20,000 bases of DNA, from the NCBI GenBank assembly GCA_003344405.1, contig NOWV01000148.1, forward strand, positions 168,902-188,901, in the 5' to 3' direction. The notes below the pieces were generated by a model, which saw only the letters and a program-made list of their open reading frames with translations, was not told the origin of the DNA and ran no database searches. Shown in pieces: positions 9,343 to 20,000 of this stretch (its first letter is position 1; each line of letters starts with the position of its first letter). Position numbers and translations under genes: made by a program. The stretch is from Trichoplax sp. H2 (taxonomy: Eukaryota).

Positions 9343-12300
9343 ATGATGCTCTCACGAAAACGTGAAGACAATATATGCACCCAGATGGATGCAGTAGAAA
9401 AGAAAGGCAGCGATGATGGTAATTTATATCATAAGAAGTATTTTAAGCACTAGAGCAATGCTTGTATCATAATGCAGTTGTTAGAATTCAGTGAGCACAT
9501 GAAGAATGATGTTACGGTATTTGCTCTTACCTGAGCGAGACTGGATACCGTAATTTACTAAGAATAGTCACTAGTATAGTATTTTTAAAGTAGACAAATA
9601 GCAATGATCTTTAAAATTCGTAGAATAGATTGTAGCTATTTACTTAATTGTCATTTCTTTTTTAAAACTTGCTAAAGAGCTCCTTCACAACAGTATAGAC
9701 CAATGTAAGGAATTTGTAGAATACGTATGATTTTTTTTATGATAATACGTGTTTTGCCATAGATTTAAAGTACATTTTGACATATAAATATTTTGAGCTG
9801 CAAAATAGTTCTATTTGAATGTTATTGCTAACTAACACTAAAATTGAATGTTATCCTCATTTCAGACCATCTTCAAAAGTTTACGATTGCTGACGTTATC
9901 GAACACATTGGCTTTGGGCCTTTTCAAATACGGAGTCTTTTCGTTATAGGATTCATATGGGTATGTCATAAATGACGATCATAGATGCTATAAAAATATG
10001 TAAATTTTAGTGAACCAACCAAACTATTAATTGCTGAGATAACGCACGATTATTTTAGACTTTTCTAGCCTTCTCTAAGTACAACTGCGCTATATTACCG
10101 AACTACATCACCTTTTATATGCTAAGTAGAGCGGCTGATAGTATTAGACTATCCAACTATCATTCTATAGTATTTCAAATTAAACTAGCAATCAAACTCA
10201 CACGATAAAATAAATTTTAGCCTAGACTCCCGAAAACTGCTAAATTAATAGTAAGTATAGTTTAGCTTTAAACTGTACATTTCTAGAGTATACACTTAGA
10301 CAAAATAAGAATCCCAGGTCAAATGTTTTGGGTTCATACTTTACGAAATTACTAAGTAACATTAATTTCTACATTAATTAATGATCAAAATCGGTACACA
10401 TGAATTCTATTAACTAAATATATCGCTAGAATCACAAAATCATAATATCTAATTCTTAATAAAAATTATGCTACGGATTATTTTAAATTCTAATCTGGAT
10501 AAAGCAGTCGGGTTTACACAATACTAAGATACTAAGTAAAATCTTCTATTATAATTAACCAAATAAATCATATTTTTTAAAGCTAGAATACTCATCTTGA
10601 TATAAAAACTAAGCTAAAGTAACTACAATACAAGAACTTGAAGAAAAATTTTAAAAGTTAGCCCTCATTACAGATAGGTAGAATTTACTCTTTTCCATTA
10701 TTACTTTTATGTTGAGACATCTTATTTAATTGTAAACCCGAGTTATATCAAAGTAATCAAGATAAAACTGTTGTGACTTGAAGCTTTGTCAATGAGTATT
10801 TGAGTACAATAAATAAAAATCTGTTGGGCGATTATAATTACTACATCCGCTTTATGAATGACATAGTTTTAGTTTGCTTAATAATTCGGACTTGAGAAAA
10901 AATTACCGAATAAATTTTGTTAGATTATGTTAATCCCCTATATTTTATATACAGCGTGTCATCAATAGCTTCTGCCATCAGCTTAATGTTAAATATTATT
11001 ATAAAATTTTACTGATCTAACATTAGCTTTGATAGCTGATTAACGGTGATAATAGAGGCTAATACTATTAATTGTGTATTTATGGATTCGTTAATAAATT
11101 ATTGTTTATTATTCAATAAGTTGTAATCTGCATGAACATTTTAAAGAAGTGATATAACAAAATTTACGTATCTTTTATTTAGTTAACTAGTATGATTCGA
11201 TTCTCAATGTTATCCATACTTGGGCCGCTGTTAGCCTGTGACTGGGGAATTACAAAGTCCGAGGAAGCCTTAATAAACGCTGTATGTAAAATTAGCTAAA
11301 TTTGACGGGATTAAGACATTATGGTTTAGAGACTTTAGCTATTTACAGTAGTAACATGGAGTAAGGTAAAGCTGGAAAGTCGAATAATTTGTTATATTTA
11401 CATTAGAGCATAATTGTGTGGTGACTATTATAATAAAAGGTTGTAATCATACCATTAAGAGGTTATAAAATTTATTCATAACATATTAACTTCCTTTAAA
11501 AATAGGAAATTAAAATTTATTAATAAGGTTAGTTTTTGTTGTCACTTTTTTGTATTTTTTACCTCATTAGTTGTCATTTGCCGGCGATATTTTGGGATCT
11601 ATTTATTTTGGATGGTTTTGTGATCGTTATGGTCGAAAATTGGTACTACTAGAGCTCAGATATAGCAAATTTAATAGCTCGTATATTGCAGCGCTAAATT
11701 CTCATAACATTATTACATTGTCAGTAGTGGTTGAAATTTTCAGCTACCTTTTTCTTCCCTACAATTAACATTGATAAAATAGAATTTAATGTTCTTTAAT
11801 AATCTAGGGCGTTATTTTCGGAATCTTAAGTACTAGCTATATGTCAATGATCTCAGGCTTATCATCTGGGATTGAAATGATGCTGTTATTGCGATTTGCG
11901 TGTGGATTCACAGAGGGTGCCACCATTCAGTGGTGATCTCATGTCTTCCTCAAATTAATGTTTTTTAATGTGCTGTAAATTCTGGGGTTGTGAAATTTGA
12001 AAGTACCGTATTACCTGATGATAATGCAGAACTTTATTGTATAAAAAAATCCAAGAAGTGAAATTTTTTAATAAGTAAAGACCTTCTATTAGCAAGAAAC
12101 GCGCAGTAGCTATTTCAGATAATTTAGTAGCTGTATTGAATTCGGTATTAAAATCAACTTATATTATTTCCCGATTTAGTGTGACAATGGTAATTGAAAT
12201 AGTTCCAGCCAAAGCTAGAGCTAAAACGATAGCTTCTTTACGAGTAAGTTATGGTAGCTTTAAGAATGATGAATTTAATAATGTTAGATATTGCACTGAC

Positions 12301-14583
12301 TTAGGAAATTGTTAACAGTTTGTTTTATTAATAGGCATTCAATTTCATCGGTATAGCAGTGGAAGGCATAATAGCTTATCTTTTCCTATGCAAGTTTGAC
12401 TGGCGTATGCTAATTTATGCTACAGCAGTTCTCTATTTAATATCCATGCCTTTAACCTCGGTAGTAATATAGAAACGTTACGGTCGTTAGCTGTCTAATT
12501 ATTAAAAGAAAGATAATGAAAGGCCACAAACATTTTTGTTTATGATACAAATTTATTACCAAAAATACTAATTTATGTATGCAGATCCTTGTAGAATCTC
12601 CACGCTATTTGCTATTACATGGATTCTATAAAGAAGCAAGTAATATCATGAAAAATGCCGCAAAGCTGAATAATAAACCCGCACCAGAAGGAAAGCTAGT
12701 TGCTTCAGTTAAAGTATGAATTGTAATAGCCAAACAGTATATTTGTATGCATAGTGAAAATAGATTTGGTGATAGGCTGTCTAATAACCTAATATTACCT
12801 GTCATCTCTATCTTAAAGATAGAAAAATAAATTATATCTTGATCACGTTTCTTTTAATTTTGAAGATTAAATCATGTTTCATAAAACCTTTTAACTTAGA
12901 TAAGTGGCGGAACTGTTAAGGATCTATTTAAGCCTGCTTATAGAAGAATAACATTAATAGTTTGGCTTATAACGTAAATGCAATATTATAAAATTTATAA
13001 TATACGTAGTAGAATGGCATATTTCCATGTTTATCAAGGCGTTAACTACTAAGCACGTTCCTCAGATTTACCATTACCACAATGTATTTTGGCACCATCT
13101 GGATGGTTCCTTTATTAGTAAATGTCGATCGATGCAGTGAGTAATTAAGCAATACGATCGAATATTCCATATAAAGATATACCGCACTATTTCCCTTTAG
13201 AGATGCTTTAGCTAGAAGAAACTATGCATTCGTCTATCTTTAGTACTGAAAATTAATTTTTACTGCAGATAATTTAGCCGACTTTTTAAGGCTGAATAGT
13301 CCGATTTAGAATACCAGTATCAATAAAATTACTATAAATGAACGTAAGTTTATTTGCTATACTGTAGGTCTAGCTAAAGGACCAGCGAGGTATGCTTGTC
13401 GATGCAAGGTAATAAAAACCGCTAATATCATCGGAATTATTACTGGAGGTCTTGGAGAGCCAATAGGTATATTTAATGTTAAAAATTGATTTTTTCCCTA
13501 TAATTTAGCGCATGAGTAAAAGTTTCATTTTATAATATTTTAATACGTACAGAGAGTATAAATTTTGCGCATTTCTAATATTTTTACCAAAAGTATTCTA
13601 TATAGAAGTCAAATAGATTGGATATTAATTATATAGTCAATAGAACGGAAAAATTTGAAGGGTGACTGAATATAATTTTCGTTAAACGTTTCCTTTCAAT
13701 TGAAAATTTTAGGAGCCTTGATAGCTTTTACTTTGATTGACAGGCTCGGAAGAAAGAGATCTTTAATCTTGGGATTTTTTGTAACGGGAATCTCTTTCGT
13801 TCTACTTATGCTATGTACCAGTAGGCATGTTAATGGATCTTATAGAATCCGTCAAATCATTGCTGTAACATACTCTACAATTGTTAAATTTTTCTTGCTT
13901 TACTATGATTAGGTTACGTCACTATCATCACAAACTCAAAGTCGCGTGATAATTTCAATTTAATATCCTTGGCTTTGTTCTGTTATAGAGGAATTAGATA
14001 CGCTTTGATCTTGTTAATAAGATCCTGCAATTGCTATTTACTTGATATATCTTATATATATATTTCCGAAGTGAGTGATTTCGAGGAATTAATTTCAGTA
14101 ATCATCACTTTTGTGATCACAGGAACTATTAACATTTACTTATTATGAACTTAGATCTATCCTAACAAATTCCGAGCAACAGGTCTAGGTACCGCTAGAG
14201 CATTCGCTGGGTTGGGTAATGTATTATCATCTTTTATTGGCCAAGTAAGTTAGATCAAATGGTACCAAATTCAGTGTTGAAGAATTTTTCTAACTAAATA
14301 GGAGTATAGTTTTTTTAGCTAAATGTAAGTTTGCGGCCAATTACGGATATTGGCCGCAACAGTAATATGCTATATGAAATTTATGTAATCTGAAACATAA
14401 AATAAGATTTGTTCATCATACCAAATAAATTTTAAATGATGGAATCACTTCATATCTTAGGCACTATTTTTAGCATCTGATATTGCAGCTTTAGCCACTT
14501 TTACTGGATTATCACTAGTAGGGCTTATGTGCAGCTTAACGATTACCGTTGAAACAAAAGGACGCTTGCTAAAAGTCAGTTAA
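9343..14583 (+). CDS. SVOP: SVOP-like (synaptic vesicle 2-related) major facilitator superfamily transporter, 15 coding exons, ~478 aa
   Basis: Exons: 9343-9418 (tentative first exon), 9866-9960, 11183-11281, 11571-11642, 11808-11932, 12180-12243, 12335-12460, 12585-12713, 12900-12973, 13066-13136, 13368-13466, 13713-13824, 13989-14070, 14155-14244, 14461-14574. All phases chain into 476 codons with no stop. Motifs: FTIADVIEHIGFGPFQ, CDRYGRK, E..PAKARA, WR, ESPRYL, DLFKP.YRR.T, IDRLGRK, EIYPNKFRATGLG, ETKGR. The C-terminus is uncertain: read-through VS* at 14583 or a spliced ETD* at 14704-14715. The symbol means family-level similarity, not proven orthology. Confidence 0.9.
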
Positions 14584-15935
14584 ATTATAAGCGAGTATGG
14601 CAGAATTTTATGATTTTATTACTGCGTCAGTTAATAAATTCATAATTTTATGAATACTCAAACTATCGATATTTTATACTTTAAACTTCATGATGAAACA
14701 AAGGAAACCGATTGATATTAAGAACAGAAATACTTTTAAGGTATATCTCCGAGTAGATCTTTGATACATAAGTGTTATGTTCGTACCAGACATTAGCATA
14801 CTCATATTTTACTATTAATATAATAGTTTTGCACAACATTTAGGGCCTACTCACGAATAATCCAGATTTGTAGCTGATTAATTTAAGAAACTAAATATGC
14901 CGTAAAATTAAATGCATTTACACGTCCGATATCATGAAGATAATTTTCGATGTAGCATAATGTTATTGATTTTGTTACTTTTATTATATATTTCAATTTC
15001 TGAATATTACCGGAACAGTAGTTTATATGTAAATAAGAGCCATCGTTGTTATTCTCCATTGAAACAATTTATAGTAAGACTTATTTAAATCTTCAAAAAT
15101 TTAGAAGTAGTTTATCTTGCCAACAGCGATTAGGTTGATCGACTTAACGAAATGCAGCGACTTGAAGAATCAACCCGAATTCAATTTTAGATTATTTCGC
15201 TAGATCAGCACTTATCCTATTTTCAATAAATTTCGATAATTAGTGCTTAATCGTTTTATTTTAGTATGCATGTACTATGTGAATTTAATGGAATAAAATG
15301 TTGCAAATACAACATAATTTGTGTTATCTTACTATTGAAGATAGGTTGCATAGTAGATTATGTTTGCATCAACTCCTATAATGTGCTAGTACTGCATTCG
15401 CATCGACAAAATGTCCAATTCCATTTCTTGCTAGGTTTTAGCATCAATTTTTGACAAACCTGAGAATGTTGTTTCCCTTATATTTAACGTAATAATTTAA
15501 GGTTTATGATATTATAAATAACTGTTAAATAGAGTCATATATGAATAATTTGTTTATTTATGGATGACTGAATAATATTTCATTAATTTTAAATCTAGTA
15601 ATCGTCTTAATTGAAGAATAGAAATGAATAAATCAGTGCAATGCACTTATTCTAAAATGCGTAGTATTTTAGATTTAGCATGTTACAACACGAATAAATA
15701 TGAGACAGTAATAGCTAATTACCCAAGACTCATTACCGTAATACTTGTATAAATAAATTGAAGTAATTGAAATAGATTACCGAACTTGATAAACTTGTTT
15801 GCTACTATCGCAAATTGAAATTTAAAAATAGTATAGAAATTAATAATCTATCAATTTCCACTTTATAGTATGAACTTAATCATAATGAACCTGACCAAGA
15901 AACCTCATCAAAATTTTTTTTTCATATCTCAACAG

Positions 15936-16594
15936 ATTAGTCAAATATACCTTAATATTACTGACAAGATCAAGTACTTGTTTTTTAACGAATGCCTTTG
16001 GGCTATATATTACCGAAGTGTGTAATCAACTTGTTGACACTAATGATATAAAAGGTTTTTTAAAACTTTATAAATAATCATAACTTGTCTAATTCTAATT
16101 TAGATCTACCGAACCAAATTTAGAGCAATTGCTCTTGCAGCTGCTTGATCTATTGGTGGTCTAGGCATGTTCTATCGTCATTTCTTGCTCAGGTCTAGTC
16201 TATGAAAATTGCTTTATTCTATTTTTTCTTTTTGAACGTGAAATGATCAGACAGGATTACTGTAAATCGATGTATACAATGCATGACGCCTTTGCGGTCG
16301 TTTTCAGGTAATTGCTTTCTTTTTAGGTACTATTTACTAATTCAGACATCACGGCGTTAGCTACTTTTATAGGATTCGGAGTTTTACCAATAGTTTGTAG
16401 CATGATGACGTATTGAGACCAAAGGAACCTTGCTCAAAGTAAGTCCTATGCAGAGTAGGAATTTTATTTAGAATTACGTTCAACTATCAACAAGATGAGC
16501 TACTTGTGATACTAATTCGTCCGTAATTTCTTTGAAGGATTTAAAGATACGGACTGAAAACGAAAATGGAGATACGAATTATACTGTCTTCTAG
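15936..16594 (+). pseudogene. SVOP-like pseudogene fragment (3' exons only)
   Basis: Exons: 15936-16017 (LVKYTLILLTRSSTCFLTNAFGLYITE); 16104-16192 (IYRTKFRAIALAAA*, TGA at 16146-16148, 89 nt vs 90 nt in the intact gene); 16327-16438 (VLFTNSDITALATFIGF...IETKGTLLK, 112 nt vs 114 nt); tentative last exon 16538-16594. Intron positions match the upstream gene. No 5' exons were recognised in 14.7-15.9 kb. Confidence 0.85.
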
Positions 16595-17156
16595 GTAATT
16601 ACTAGTTTTCTGAGTTGCTAACTAGTACATTGAACAGTCCAAATTTGATCGACTGTTCAACATTCATGTCAATTATATTAGCTCAGTTCTATTTTTCATG
16701 ACAAACTGGAAAGGAATGCCTACGAGTTTTTGCTGCAGAGTACATAATAAATTAATCCATCTAGCCAGAGTGTCAGGTATTGTCATCCCTACTTCAACAA
16801 GTTTTTACTTTTAAGTCTTTAGACTATTGAGAGATATGCATTCGTGATGTTTCATTCAATGAGAGAATAATAAGGTAGATTTGCTCAATATGATATCTTT
16901 GTCAATCTTTACTAATAGTACAAACTGATCATCGGTTATCAAAATTGAAGAAATTAACTGCAATGAAGAGTATTAATTGTTAAATTACTTCATTAATAAT
17001 ATATCTTATATATAGATACTGCTATGAAAACCACTGTTTGATTAAACATTTACTTTATTTGCAGAATAATTTACTTTGATTTATCAGTACCGTAAAGAAA
17101 CAAAAATATTCATTAATTATATAGGTAAAATACGAAATTTTACATAATGTTATTTG

Positions 17157-17780
17157 TCACTTATGGGTATGAAAATAATTTAAATAATCCAACCATTCAA
17201 GCATGGTTAAATAGCCAAAATGATCATTTTTATCCTGAATCTGTCCATACCTGAACCAACAGTAAATCCAGATTGTTATAAAATATAACAAATGCAGTGG
17301 TAATAAAGCAGATAATCTACTATGGTTGCCACGACATGATTCATTTTTAAAATTCCTACATTGTTATGAACGATTATTAAATGGATAATATTAATCAATT
17401 AGTTTGATAACAATTACAGCCTTCATTTCATGTAATATCGTATTGTATGTGAATAAAAATTGGAACAGACGCAGGATAACCTGTGGAGCTGCTTTGGCAA
17501 AAATATCGAATTCTTAAAGATTATTGGCATGGCAGTCATTTACTAACCTAATTTGACGCCTTTCTGTGAACTAATGCTAGCCATAATTTAATTTTTGATG
17601 GAATGCTACTAAGAAAGTTTATTAGATTGATTCGAAATCGTTCGTATCTAAAACCTTTAAAATCGAAATAAATGATAATAAACGTGAATTAATTATTGGA
17701 TGATTCAATAAACTATCATAACCTTTCTCCAGTAAACACTATATGTAATAACGGAGTTCGCAGGCAAATTTTATTTTGTT
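17157..17780 (-). pseudogene. Possible spliced gene remnant with a hydrophobic C-terminal region
   Basis: Minus-strand AG...GT blocks: 17780-17723 (QNKICLRTPLLHIVFTGER), 17547-17481 (LVNDCHANNL, then a stop or frameshift) and 17355-17157 (NFKNESCRGNHSRLSALLPLHLLYFITIWIYCWF...HK*). No family recognised. Confidence 0.25.
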
Positions 17781-18708
17781 CTAAAATTAATTAATATTTG
17801 CTGATGCTACAGCTGTGGAAAAATTGTTGGTACATTCGAAGATAAACTAAGTACATTTGAACGTGTAATAAGATAGGGCAAGTGTAAACTATTCTCTAGT
17901 ATTTAAGACTGTGGTGTCTAGTTGAGTTCTGTATAATACTATAATAAATTTCAATTAATAAAATCGAATCCTAATAAAGGACTGAAAATGGAGTCCTTTA
18001 TGGTCTCTAAGCAGTAGAATAGTGTTACTTTACGATAAAAACAGCATTGAAATTACTAGAATTGGTTATCTTACATAGTCAAGTCGATACTTCGCCATCA
18101 TTTCCTTTTCTTTTTTCGTAAGGTTTCTATACAGCAAACGATAGATACATTACTATAGAAAATTTTTTATATCGATTTTTGTCATAAAAATGATACGTCA
18201 GGGTTACTGTAAGTCTACTATTGGGACTGCATGCTAAATTGCATGCATTTTATCCTTTGCGTAGAAGACTAAAATTTAATTTTATATATTTTCTTCTTCT
18301 TATAGAATCTCTTGGCATCCTGATAATACCAATGTCATCCTATTGTAAAAAATAATTCATTTATTGAACTAGCCAGGCCACTTGGGATTTAAGAAACTTG
18401 CAATTAAGATGATTAATTCTCCAAGGTAGTATTCAATAAAGAATGTTGAATAAAACAACAATTAAATCTTCTATTGCTAATATTCCGTACTTTTAGAGCT
18501 TGATATAAAGATCATTAAATCAACTAAAACCGTTCACTTCATTAAATCTGATTTAAAAGAGTTTTTCTTTTAGGCTACGGAAGAGAGTTGGTAATAAACT
18601 TATTCACAACGATCTATCTTGACGCAAACTTTTCTGGATTTAGTATAATCTAAGGCAGTTTTGAACATCGTTTGAAAACTTTTTCTTTTAACTCGATCGT
18701 CAAGCATT

Positions 18709-19292
18709 ATGCCCTTCGCTAAAGATGAAGAGAAAATAGTGCTTCGGTGGCCAAAACAAAATAACGAAGGTAGCTTTATTAATAAGAATTATCGTTCTGT
18801 ATTGCCAAATATTTGATTAGGACTGAGGCTGAGGTTGAAACAATTTAAAAAGCGATACTAGTATGATATATTTGACATATATGATGTCGCTAGAACAGAT
18901 TGAATTAGTAAATTCCTAATTTTGTTTTCTTCTCCTTTGATTTGATTATGTTAACTAAGAAGGATGTTCTACAGCATTTTAGCAAAACTTTATAGAAAGT
19001 CAACTTATACAGATTGACATATTAACACTGTTTAATTATAATACAAGCCAACTCATTTAGTTAATAAAATCATGTTTATAACGTATTCGTGCCGATATTG
19101 CAAGTTGATGCTATACAGAGTTAGTTTGTTAGCGAATTTTGATAATCACTAAACGTTTGCAGTTCTATAGTAAATACTTTTACGACGATTTCTCTTCCTT
19201 TAGATCAAACTTTTACAATTTCTGAAGCTATAGAATCGATCGGCTTTGGGCGATTTCAGTGGCGATGTCTTTCAGTTATAGGATTTATATTG
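18709..19292 (+). CDS. 5' part of a third SVOP-like MFS transporter paralog (continues beyond the window)
   Basis: Exon 19204-19292 (QTFTISEAIESIGFGRFQWRCLSVIGFIL) has canonical splice sites and the same phases as exon 9866-9960. The candidate first exon 18709-18769 (MPFAKDEEKIVLRWPKQNNE, phase 1) is tentative. Confidence 0.75.
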
Positions 19293-20000
19293 GTAAATGT
19301 GTATGAATAATTGATTCACTTTGGCATTATTTTCAACTAATTCAGCAAAACGGGAAGTAGAATTGATAATGTTGATCGATATGTCTGTTAAAAGAGAGTA
19401 GATGTCTAATACATTATCAATGCTATCTTTTAGTTTACATTAATTTATCTAATCTGTTTTAATTTAAGCTGTATTCTTACATTTGATAATAAAGTAGTGT
19501 CACAAAACAGCTTTGCAACAAGATAACGCAATATACGATCAATAAGTCTATTCCTTGAACCACATATCAAGGAACGATATCTGCACTATCACAAACACTT
19601 TTGCTCTACTAGCAGACTACACAAAGACTTAAACGCCTCGTATTTTACGTTAAACACTAAGTTGGACAATTCTTTATTTCACAATATATATTGCATTTAT
19701 ATACTACTCCTCAATAGTTCATGAGTCATAGTTAATACAATTAACATTGGAATCATTTACTGAATTAGATATTAATTTTAGCTACTGCTCTCTTAATGCA
19801 GACAACAGTATTTACGAACATAGACATGTAATGACTATTACAGAATAGTCAGATTACGATATGTCCTATCACGGAACATTTCCATGATAATTTACAGTCT
19901 ACTATAAGTAAATTACAATCACAATGATTCGAACTGTAAGCAGATGATTTGCATTCCCTATTATAACTATTAATTTCAGTATGTGTATAAGTGTTACTGT

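Noticed and set aside
9485-9704. Two extra small N-terminal exons (9485-9516 and 9680-9704) of the SVOP-like gene
   Set aside because: The phases would chain, but the second needs a weak GAG acceptor and the gene is in frame without them. They cannot be supported without transcripts.
11571-11768. 65-aa ORF as a stand-alone gene
   Set aside because: It is exon 11571-11642 of the SVOP-like gene read through into the intron.
13700-13912. 70-aa ORF as a stand-alone gene
   Set aside because: It is exon 13713-13824 of the SVOP-like gene plus flanking intron.
15266-15454. 62-aa ORF
   Set aside because: No similarity to the SVOP exons or any family I recognise; likely a chance ORF.
16146-16148. 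In-frame TGA as selenocysteine or read-through, with the 16630-16660 hairpin as a SECIS
   Set aside because: The aligned residue is Arg in the intact paralog, the same fragment also has two frameshifts, and the hairpin lacks SECIS architecture.

Overview
AT-rich eukaryotic (animal) genomic DNA with many short (~70-250 bp) spliceosomal introns, a style that fits a compact basal-metazoan genome such as a placozoan (inference only). From left to right: a GC-richer repeat-like segment (1-~450); a decayed multi-exon membrane-protein gene remnant (~860-2170, +); an intronless rhodopsin-class GPCR with an LGR/RXFP/GRL101-type 7TM domain but no ectodomain (4202-5263, -); and a ~1.08 kb near-identical duplication on either side of a 20-N gap (4932-6433 vs 6454-7532). 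The left copy of this duplication carries a 418-bp solo LTR (5415-5832, TG...CA ends, AACAC target-site duplication) that the right copy lacks. Further LTR-like relics lie at ~8.0-8.9 kb. The rest of the window is a tandem cluster of SVOP-like MFS transporter genes on the + strand: one intact 15-exon gene (9343-~14583), a 3' pseudogene fragment (15936-16594) and the start of a third paralog (18709->19292). No prokaryotic features, RNA genes or CRISPR arrays were seen. The best-supported unusual signal is the LTR insertion polymorphism, with filled and empty sites side by side, 151 bp upstream of the GPCR start codon.
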